Shown here piece by piece: positions 53,774 through 64,000 of a DNA stretch of 64,000 nucleotides. Both the position numbers and the translations under genes were made by a program. Source of the stretch: Eledone cirrhosa. Taxonomy: Eukaryota. Within the stretch, counting starts at the first letter, position 1. Each line of letters starts with the position of its first letter. The stretch spans positions 355,508,001 to 355,572,000 of the forward strand of contig OZ024742.1 of NCBI GenBank assembly GCA_964016885.1, read 5' to 3'. A model generated the notes under the pieces. That model saw only the letters and a program-made list of their open reading frames with translations. It searched no databases and was not told where the DNA came from.

Positions 53774-55122
53774 TTTGGGCAGTTGAGTGCCGTTATCGAA
53801 GTCTATCACATCCGGGATAGCTTCGATGCACTCCTGGTTGGTTTGGATTAACATCTCAATGGAGGTGCCGAACCAATCTTCTCGTACCTTTTTCCGTACT
53901 TGCAGTACAGTTGTTTTGTCCTCGGTTCCGAAGAGGACAGACGCGGCCAGCCAAGAAGGGGCCAACCCGGGAGGGACGTGGGTCAGTTTGACCCTCACAA
54001 TTTTTCCTCCGCAGTAGGAGGGCACCAACACCATTTCCTCGCTACTTAGGGTCACTAAGGATTAGGTCTTTCCGTCTGGGGTGTGGCCAAAAGCACGTCC
54101 ACGGTGGCATATTTCTTGCCTCGGGTGATATGCGTTTTCCGCTGCCACACAGACCCTGAGGCTTTTTGTATTTGAGCCTCTGTCGCCCTTTCAACCCTAC
54201 GTGATTGTGTGCTTACTGTACGGTACGTGACCATACAGTGCGGCTGGGTTTCGAAAAAGTTTTCGGCTGCCTTGCAGATTGCTCGGTGTCCAGTTTTCGT
54301 CACCATCTTCTTTGCTTCCTGTAATTCCTCATTTGTTATAAGGATGGTTTCCAGGTACTTTGCGATACCTGCAAACGAAATTGTTTTTTCTTTGTTGTTG
54401 TTGATGTCGTCAGAGCTGCTGTTACTTTTGTTGTTGCGGCTGGTACTACGACTGCCGCCGCCGCTGTTGCTGTGGTTGTTGTTGTTGTTGCTGCTGGTAC
54501 TGTTGTTGTTGCTGTTGGTGCTAATGCTGTTGTTGTTTATGATGCTGCTGATGCTGCTGCGGCTGCTTCTGCGGCTTCTACTGTCGTTTTCCTTGTCACT
54601 GTTGCTGCTGCTGCTGTTATTACGGCTGCTAATGCTATTATTCATGACGTCAGACGAATGAAATGGGTTTTCGTATTTATCGTACACATTTTTCGTCGTT
54701 GTCGTCGTCGTGGAGAAATGATCCACGTTTTGCACGTGATTTTGGAAACTATTTTTCTTTACTGGCGTCGCTTGCGAAAAAGAAGGGAGGGAGAGAGACA
54801 CATTTAGAGAATGGAGGGAGAGAGACAATCTTCTCTCTGGTGTAGTGACGATTGAGGAAGAAGAAGACGGAATGAGTGGGAGTGACTTGTGAAAATTATT
54901 TTTGTAGCCATATTTTTTTGGTTTAAAATAAATATTGGGCACAAAAACCCAATAAGTGTTTATTTAGCACCGAAGGACCAAATAACGGGCAGAAAGACCC
55001 CTTCACGGTGAGGAGTGTGTTTTAGTCTACAATTTGGTTAAAGTTTAAAACAATTTACAATTGTTATAGCGGTTGAAATTTACAATACCTTACAGACCGA
55101 GCCTCCGTCATCCATGGCATTC
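53774..55122 (-). mobile_element. Tx1-like element, 5' UTR plus ORF1 N-terminal part
   Basis: Asn/Ser-rich region, SFAGIAK, RRVERATEAQIQKA, VPSYCGGKIVRV; 5' end abuts (TAA)n. Confidence 0.88.
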
Positions 55123-55143
55123 AATAATAACAATAATAATAAT

Positions 55144-58100
55144 GCTTTCTTTATTAATCACAAGGGTTTACATAAAGTAGACATTAAGGACAGCACAGGA
55201 CAATACAGGACGGTACAAATGGGCATTTTTGCGTGTAAAAAAAAACAGGATGTAATAAAAATAACAATGAAAAATTCCCCAATAGGAGGGAGACTCCCGA
55301 GGGACATTCGTGGGGAAAACCCATTAAAAAAACCTCAGTGACCCTGACCACCAGGGCACGTGCCCTCTCCCAGTTTTCCACCTTTAATTTACAGACACAT
55401 ACTCAGAGTAGGCCCATACACTAAGGCCATTCTTGCTTCTCTCACCCATCTTTCAACAGAACGCTTGGAAGAGAGCACTTCCTTCTCTACCCTGATTTTC
55501 CTTTACAAATTAAATTTGAAAAAGTTAATCAGGGCATCACCGAAGAGGTAAGTGCTCGTCTTCAGCCCTTTCAACGTGTCCACCATACTATCTCTTTCGC
55601 CAGGTCCACCGGACAGATAATAACTGACTGACCTTCCCGGCTAAGGGAATAGGGCGGGGCAATCCTCACGATGGACTCAGCTGATAGCTGGATCCGTACT
55701 ACATGCGACAGCAGGTGTTCGACATAAACCCATAAGTCAGCAATGCTCGGAGACTGGACGAGTGCGTGCAGGACGGTTTCGTCGCCCTGCGCGCATCTCG
55801 GACATGCCCGACGGAATGCACCTCTATGCCTGTAGAGTTTGTCCCGAACTGGCAAAGCTCCTCGATAGCACTGGCAGGGCAAGGATTTCTGGAAGTTGTC
55901 CATAGGCCGCGGCCCGAAAGTTCTTCCGAAGAGTTTGGCTAGTTGATTTTCGTCAACGCCTAGAATTTCCACAAGTACGTCGTCACCTCGTCCCAGATTT
56001 TGTCCGTCTGGAGGTCCGGACCGAACTAGACCTCTAGCAATTTGACCGGCCCGTCCGTCCATCGCCCCAGGTGCCGAGCTGCAGGCCCACTGACTTTTCC
56101 TCGTTGAGCATTGCTCCTGTCACCGCTTCGTATTCTCTTAGTGTAGTGCCGATCGCCTCGATGTGTTTGGCGTTCGACACCACTACGGTGATATCGTCCG
56201 CATATGCTGACACGGACTTCCGCATCCTAGTTCGCGCGGGACACCCCTCAACGTCTCCAGTTTGTGCAGTAATGGCTCGAGAATCAATACGTACAAGAGG
56301 GACGAGAGAGGATATCCTTGGTGGACAGAGCGCATGATGTTGAACGGTTCCGAAAGGTGACCGTTCACTCTCAACACAGAGCAGTTCGCTGTGCATGGCA
56401 GTGATCCAGCCTCAAAAGACGGGCCCAAAGCCAGCCTCCCTCAGAACAGCCGCAAGGTAACGATGGTCGACCATATCGAAAGCTTTCGACTGATCTAAAT
56501 TGATCAAGGACCCACCCGTGCCAGGTTCCCTAGCTACCCTCTCTACGATGTATCGCATGAGGTGGAGGTTGTCGTGGCTGTATCTGTCGGGAATAGCATA
56601 TGTCTGCACCTCTCCCACCAGACCACCGACGACAAACGCCAACCTCTTTGCTAGCACCTTGGCCAAAAGCTTGAACTCTGTGTTTAGCAGAGTTATGGGT
56701 CTAAAATTATCTGTTATCCCCCTGGTTCGGATCCTTTCTCAGCAGCACGGCCGCTCCTCGGCTCACAGAGCTGAGAATTCTCCCGTTCCGTTGCCAGTTG
56801 CAGTAGACGTCCGCCAAGAACCCTCCGAACAAGTCTGGCATCTGTACGTAAAATTCATAGTGCAGACCATCCAAACCAGGCGATTTACCCCTCTGTGCAG
56901 GCTTTCATTGCCTCCCGTACTTTAGTGGCTGTTATCGGCTTTTCGCAACACTCCGCCTCAGTGGGCGAGAAGCGGGGCAGTGCGTCGAGGTAGACACGAA
57001 AGTCCATCCTTCGATCCGGCCGAGCGCTGCACCCGAACATCTGAGTGATGTGTCGCTGAAAAGCTTCACACATTTTCCCCGGAGGAGTAGCATGCGCCAG
57101 TCTTGGTCCACCAAAGAGCGGATCGTGGCTTTGTTGCCACGACGCCCCGCCGCCACTCGAGCCCATTGATCGGCTTTCGTTCCTCCTGCCTGAGAGCACT
57201 CAACCTAGCTCTGACACGGCAGCCTTCGTGCTTTGCATTGAAGAATTGGGCAAGGGCCAATTTCGCCGCAAGTACTTCTGTTGCGATGCATTTGCTAAGC
57301 GCCTCGTCTAATTTTCTAACTAGTTCTCCCTCTGCTCTATTTTTCTCTAAGGCTAAAGCCTGACTAAACCTAATGGACTCTATTCTAATCGCTCTTTTCA
57401 GAGCAGACCACCACTTGTTGTTGACGATGACCCCCGTCAACGCCCGCTTAGCTAGTTCGGTCTCTGTAGGCTTTGCGCGCTGGAAAGGACGCGTTTAGCT
57501 TCCAGTAGCCGGGTCCTCGTCTATGAAGCCTATCTAAGTCAAACACACAGATCACTAATTTGTGGTCCGTGTAGCTGAATATCTTGAATTGTGGACAGCC
57601 TATGCTAGACCTATATATTTCCCTAGAAAATACTCTATCTAGATGTGATCTGAATGATCCTATACGATTTGTCCAAGTCCACATTGGCACATTCGGGAAA
57701 TCCAATCGGTACCTGTCAGACAGTTCAAAACGCCTGAGCGGTTGGGGAGGCTCTTGCACCCTCCTCCCCTATCCGCTAATCCCACACAGTCCCAGCGTGC
57801 ATCTAAGATCCCGTTCCTGTCGTCCACTATCACTAAAGGGCGGGACGTTCCGAGTAAGGTCTCCAGACGCCGGAAGAAATCAGGCCGCCCTGCTCCTGTC
57901 GGGGCATAGACGGCCACTAGCCTCAAAGCTTGCCCGTCTCCGCTGGTCACGTCCAGCACTACCAACTTGCCTTCTGGGTCCAGGAAGATGGCCCGTATGG
58001 CGAAATCCAAACCTTTCCGAAAAAGCACAGCAACTCCTCCTCCCGATCCAGGACAGCTGGGTGATACATACACACGTAGCCGCCGAAGATCGGTGCGAAG

Positions 58101-60236
58101 GCCTGTGCCTCTGAGATTCTGATCTCGCTGATGGCCACCACATCTATGTTTAGCGACCTGAGATCGTTCAGCAGGTGCCCCTGTTTCCAAGACGATCCCA
58201 GGCCACATACATTTATGCTACCTATTCTGAGAGTAGCCATGTTGGCTAGGATAGGAGGAAAACAAGTGAGAGGGGAGAGGTAAAAAAAACATTACCTGTG
58301 GCTCTTCTTTAGGAAGGGGGTGGGTGATCCATCCCTCCGACCATTGGTGGGTTTCTCCACGAGAATATCCGTGAATATTTTGTTGGTGTTGTTCCCTCGG
58401 TAGTCTCCAATTGATGTGGGGAACATTTTTTTTATGTTATGTATGTTTGTGTGTGTGGGGGGTGCATTTTGGTGGTTTGTACGTAGTTTGTTTCTGTGAT
58501 GTTGGTGTGGTGGTGAATGTAATTAAAAAGCTTTATGTTGTCTGTGTCTATGGCTGTGTATTTTGTCTGCTGTTTCGGTGTTGGTGTTTTCTGTGTTTGC
58601 TGTTGTGTTGTTGGAGGTGACGATGGGGTAGATGGTAAGGTTGGTGGTGGTGATGGTGTAGGTGGTTGTAGGTGTGTGGCTGTTTATGGTGGGGTAATTT
58701 TCATTTTATTTTCTCTTAAGATTCTTTCTTCCTCTTTTTTTGAGGGTAGGGAGTTCTTCCTTTTTTTTCGATGGAATAGTCCTCCACACTTCGGCCTCAT
58801 CGCACTCCTTGCCCGATTTGACTATATCAGGAAGGAGTATGCTTTCCATTGGTTTTGTGGGTGGTGGAAGAGATGGTGTTTTTGTTGTTGGGGATGGTGA
58901 TTTCTCTTCTGCCACTGTGTTCTTTGTTTGTTTGTCTGCACCAGTTGCGGGGCACGGCCTGGGGAGAAGGTGTAGGCGCGTGCCTGTTTTGGTAATTTTG
59001 GGGCAGACTGTCTTAAGGTGCGTCTTGTCACCGCATCCATGGCACCTTGGACGCCTACCTTCGACAGGCACGCGTAGATGGCTGCAGTCGTCCAGGTCTA
59101 TTATATCGGGGATGGCCTCAACGCTTACGTGGTTTGCTTGGATGATTAGCTCAATCTCCGACCCTGTTCAATTTTCCTGTCTTATTCGTATGACGTTGAG
59201 TATAGTAGTTGAATCTTCAACGACAGCGAGGTCGGCTGCCGTCAACCACGCCATCTCCACTGAGGGTGGAACCTGTCCTACGCGAGCCCTCGCGACTCTC
59301 TGGCCGCAATGTGTGGGCATCATTGTGATTTCGTCGCTTCGGAATGGTGCGATGGAGCGTGCTCTGGCTTCCAATGGTGTATCGAAGAGCACAGCCACAG
59401 TCACATATCTCGATCCTATGGCTATATATGTTTTCTGTGCCCAGACGGCACCCATAGCTCTTTGGATCTGTGACTCCGTTGCCCGTTCGACTCGCCTAGA
59501 TTTTGATTTGATCCGATCGTGCGATAACTGACCGAACACAAAAGCTTGTTTCATATTATCTCAGCTAGGCGGATGAGACTTACTCTGTGTCCGGTTTTTT
59601 TAACCAAGACCTTTGCTTGTTTTATCACTTCGTTAGTGATGTTTATTTGCTGAAACTTGTTGGTCGCTTTAGCGAAAGACGTGTTTGTTTTGATTTGTGT
59701 TGACTCATCACTAGTTTTGTCTTTGTTGCCGTCGTTGGTGTTTTTGTTGTTTTTTGTTCCTCTGTCTTGCTGCTGTTATATATGTTATTATTTGGGTCCT
59801 CTGTGGTTGTTGCTGTTGTTATTGTTGTTATTGGGGTGGTAGTGATGTTTGATTTCTGTAACGCATGACATTTTTCGATATAATTTTCGCTACTGCTACT
59901 ACAGTTCCAATAGCTGCTGCTGCTGTTGTCATTACCACTGTCACTGTCGCTGCTGTCGCTATTTCTCTTGTTTTTTACTTTACCTTGTGATTGGGTGGAA
60001 ATGGCTGTTCTACCCTCTGAACAACTCTGTTGTTCTTCTCTGTGGACAATTTTGTTTGTCCGCCATGTTTAATTTTTTTTGTTATGGGATTATGATTGTA
60101 AATAAAAGCAAACTTAGCCCTCAAGGGCGCGAGATACAGTTAACAAAAAAACAACCTTCTTTGAAAGAGGGGATCTTTAATTACACACCGATGTAAACAT
60201 TCAACGAACTTACTCCGCCGTAGTTATCGCCGTTTT

Positions 60237-60237
<1 letters not shown>
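55144..60237 (-). mobile_element. Full-span degenerate Tx1-like element between two (TAA)n tracts
   Basis: ORF1 (VEGRRPRCHGCGDKTHLKTVC); ORF2 from 58240 (MATLRIGSIN...TDH...LDQSKAFD...YADD...CPRC); internal deletion near 55983. Confidence 0.92.

Positions 60238-60295
<58 letters not shown>
60238..60295. repeat. (TAA)n microsatellite; others at 61883-61932, 55123-55143 and 42617-42643
   Basis: Direct observation; every tract is a junction between two elements. Confidence 0.97.
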
Positions 60296-61881
60296 TAGAT
60301 AAATGCGCCAAAGCAACGTTCACCAGAAGAAAGCTGCTGAAAATTTCAGACATTAATCTTGATCGAGGGAATGTGTTAAGAGAACTTGATCAAGAGGAAA
60401 CTTACAAATATCAAGGTGTTTGTGAAGGAGACGGAATCAAGCACTCGACAATGAGGGAAAGGATAAGGATGGAATGTTAACGCAGAATAAGAGCAATCTT
60501 AAGAACGGAATTGAATGCAAGGAATAGGATCGATGCCATAAACACGCTTGCCATACCAGTAGTACCCTACAGTTACAATGTCATCAACTGGTCAAGCACA
60601 GAGATCCGTAGGCTCGATACAAAAAATCGAAAATTCTTAACCATGCACGGAATGCATCACCCTGAGGCAGATACAGATAGAATATATCTCCCTAGGAAAG
60701 AAGGAGGACGTGGGTTAATCCAGTTAGACATTGCGTTGAAAACTGCAACAATTGGATTATCTACATATCTAAGGGAATCACATGATTGGATGATCAAACT
60801 CATTTTGTAACACGAAAGCATCAAAAGATGATACTCCATTACGAAAGATGCACAAAGATACAGTAATGGACTACACATTTCAGAAGTCCCATTTACTGCT
60901 GAAATGGAAAACACAGAAAAAGCAAAGCAGGTAAAAGTAACTGCAAAGAAAGAACTGCTACAGAAGCTGGCTAAGAAATGGCAAGAAAAGACTCTGTATG
61001 GAAAATACCCAGAACGAGCTAAAAATCCTGATGTTGACAAAACATTAACCCATCAGTGGTTAGCATCCTCTGTACTGAAATCGGAGACTGAAGGACTGAT
61101 TATATCAGCACAAGATCGGTGTCTGCCAACAAAAAATTACCAAGCCAACATAATATAACATGGATGCAGCCCATTATGCCGTGTATGTAAAAAACAACCA
61201 GAGACCATTGACCATATAATTTCAATGTGGAGTCCTATAGCTCCAACCGAATACCTAAACAGGCATGACAGAGCTGCACAATACATACATTGGATAATGT
61301 GTAAGCATGTTGATCTGCCCCCTCAAAAGAATTGGTGGGAGCATCAACCACCTCCCATACTTGAAAAAGGTCACATCTCAATCTTGTGGAACTTTAGCAT
61401 CCAAACAGACCGAAAAATAGATGCAAATGGACCTGATATAATATTGAAGAACTTTAAAAAGAGGGTATGCCTGCTAATTGATATGTCTGTTCCAATAGAC
61501 AAGAATGTATCTATAAAAACATGTGAAAAATTGAGCAAGTATAAGGACCTGGAGATAGAAATTGGAAAAATGTGGAAATTGAGAACTAAAACAATACCAG
61601 TGGTTGTAGGCGCTCTATGAATGATAACTGAGGGGTCTAATGATTACTTATCGCAAATCCCAGGAAAACGGCGTATAGGAGAAATACAAAAGATAGTACT
61701 AATGGGAACTGCCTATATACTAAGGAAGATTCTGTCAATATAAGTACATCACAAGTCTAAACACTAAAAATGCATATGTGGGTATGTTCTTTCTTGAACA
61801 TGCCGACATTGTTGTCTCTTGAGGTCACTCGTTGTGTCTTGGTGATAACTCGTATGAACATAAAGCAAGATAAATGCAACT

Positions 61882-61882
<1 letters not shown>
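60296..61882 (+). mobile_element. R4-clade (Dong/Rex6-like) RLE retrotransposon, 5'-truncated pseudocopy
   Basis: LDKCAK, AINTLAIPV, IYLPRKEGGRGL, LKSETEGLIISAQD, CRVC..ETIDHI, RHD, PDII..LIDMSVP..KYKDL; (TAA)n tail. Confidence 0.88.
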
Positions 61883-61932
<50 letters not shown>

Positions 61933-64000
61933 TACATTCGCCAATCCTCGATAAGAGTGTTTAAATGTAGAACCTAAACAGTTCGAATAACGGTGAAATG
62001 GAGACTAGAATGTCATGTGACAGACTCTCACCCAACAGGTGCTCCCTGGCTCAGCAGCAGGGACCTGGCTGTCAACCAAATACTGCTGGTGTCGGAGGAA
62101 GAAGAAGAAGGAAAGAGACCAGAACCAACTGGACGAAAGAATTGAATAGAACTGTTATGCAATGTTACCTGAATAGTAACCCCAAGGAGAGGGGCTATAG
62201 GAAACGGATGCACAACATCTGGAACGAGATTGGTCTATTTAAATTAGATGAACAAAAATTGGCCTATTTAAATTAGATGAACAAAAATTGGCCTGGCAGG
62301 CTCGTGTATAATAACTAATGGGTGGATAAGCGAGCTGGAACTGGAGGAACTGAGCAGAGAGATTAGCATGGAAATGGAGAGTGGAGTATGCCAGGCAAAC
62401 GAGCCAGCGGGAAATGAAGGTGAGGAGGTCGAGAAAACGGAGGAACCACCCGAAGCAGACAATGCTGAGATAAATAATACCTGGAACAGAGATACGGCCA
62501 CTGAGGAGATGAATGCTGACGGGCTAGGACAAGATTTGGTTGATATCCTAAACTTAGTGGTAGATGAATTGAACAATGATAGTGGGAAATCTATGAACCT
62601 AAGATTTGTAGACATGAAAAAGTTAAAAGAAACAACAGCTAAGGTAAACAAAGTCATCCCATACCTTGAGTCGAGGAGCCTTCACCAGTGCAACACTATC
62701 CTCAAAGCAACAGCAAATACGGTGAGGAAACTACTTGGTATAAAAGCGAGAGGAAACAACAAACAAGAAAGATCAGAGCCATGGTGGAAGAAACGACTGA
62801 GTGGTCAAATCGGGGAAATGAGAAATGACATTGGAAAGCTTGAGTCCCTACTGAATGGAACACTAAAAAACATAGACACTAAAAATAGACTGGAAATAAA
62901 GTACAAAACTAGGAGCAAAAACTAAATATTATCATAGAGGAACTGAAGCAACGCATTGTTGCAAAGAGAGCAAAAATCAGGCGATACGAGAACAGAGTCA
63001 GTCAGTATAGACAGAACTGCATGTTCGACAACAACCAGAAGATGCTGTTTGGACAGCTTGAAGGGAAATAAAGAGGCAACGACCTGATCCCTGAAGCGGA
63101 ACAAACTAAAACATTCTGGAGACGAATATGGGAGCAGGATATTAAACATAATGACCAGGCAGTGTGGATTGAGACAGTACAGAAGGAAATTAGTGACCAG
63201 GCACACCAACAAATTGATTTGAGTATCACAGTTGAAACTCTTAAGGGGTATTGGATTACAAATATAACATCCCTCCACCCAAAACTGACAACCATGTTCA
63301 ATTACTGCTTGATGTCAGGTGAGGTACGAGAGTGGTTGACAAAAGGTACCACAGTTCTGATAATGAAAGATCGAATCAAGAGTAATGATGTTACCAACTA
63401 TAGACCTATCACATGTCTGTCCGTAATGTGGAAACTGTTGACAAGCATTATGTCTGAGGAAATCTACCATCACTTCCATATAAACAACTTGTTACCGTAC
63501 GAACAGAAAGGATGCCGAAAGAAGTCACGTGGTACAAAGGACCAGTTACTTATTGCTAAGATGGTAATGAGGAATTGCAAGAGGAGACACACTGGTCTTG
63601 CCATGGGATGGATAGACTACAAAAAGGCATTTGACATGGTGCCTCATTCTTGGATCACCAAAAGCCTGGAGATCTTCAAGGTGGCAAATAACATCAGACA
63701 GTTGTTGGGCAAAAGTATGAATTCCTGGGAAACAGAATAAAACTGGAGAATCCTTGGGAAGCGTGAAGATGAAGAGAGGTATCTTCCAGGGAGATATTCT
63801 GTCCCCTCTGTTGTTTGTACTTGCCCTGATGCCCCTGACCAGTGTACTGCGAAAAGTGAGAGCAGGATACAGGTTGGGAAATGGAGGGCTTACCATCAAT
63901 CACCTCGTCTTCATGGACAATCTTAAGCTCTTCGGGAAGAGAGAGAAGGAGTTGGATGTGCTTGTTGACACTGTCCGTATTTTCAGCAATGATATATGTA
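61933..64000 (+). mobile_element. Second R4/Dong-like element, 5' part to the RT core, degenerate; runs off the window
   Basis: WTKELN..GYRKRMHNIW, PWWKKRL, NYRPITCL, QKGC, WIDYKKAFDMVPHSW, RGIFQGD.LSPLLF, FMDN (catalytic D to N); 29-bp duplication near 62235-62292. Confidence 0.88.

Overview
AT-rich, microsatellite-dense eukaryotic DNA. The SINE sequences resemble octopod cephalopod SINEs; this is recognised from memory and was not searched. No host protein-coding gene is supportable, and almost all ORFs in the track are microsatellite artefacts or antisense frames of transposons. Contents: (1) Penelope-like elements (PLEs): four Naiad-like copies or fragments and one Neptune-like copy, several with inverted pseudo-LTRs; (2) about 20 type-I hammerhead-ribozyme (HHR) cores, intact to degenerate, mostly in short non-coding units between (TA)n tracts, arranged as tandem retrozyme-like repeats (for example a 540-bp unit at 27957-29100) or as head-to-head fold-backs; (3) five Tx1-like (L1 group) LINE copies or fragments, one nearly intact (32581-38300) inside (GATA)n and the others at (TAA)n; (4) two tandem R4/Dong-like elements in (TAA)n; (5) RTE and CRE fragments, two non-autonomous Helitrons, SINEs and minisatellites. 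Best novelty candidate: the Tx1 elements appear to keep all of ORF2 inside a GT-AG intron. A donor sits 35-55 nt before the ORF2 start in three diverged copies, and an acceptor sits at or just after the ORF2 stop. Second candidate: a dense, multi-family set of HHR-bearing tandem and fold-back elements, probably mobilised by PLEs. All coordinates were read by eye; element boundaries are approximate.
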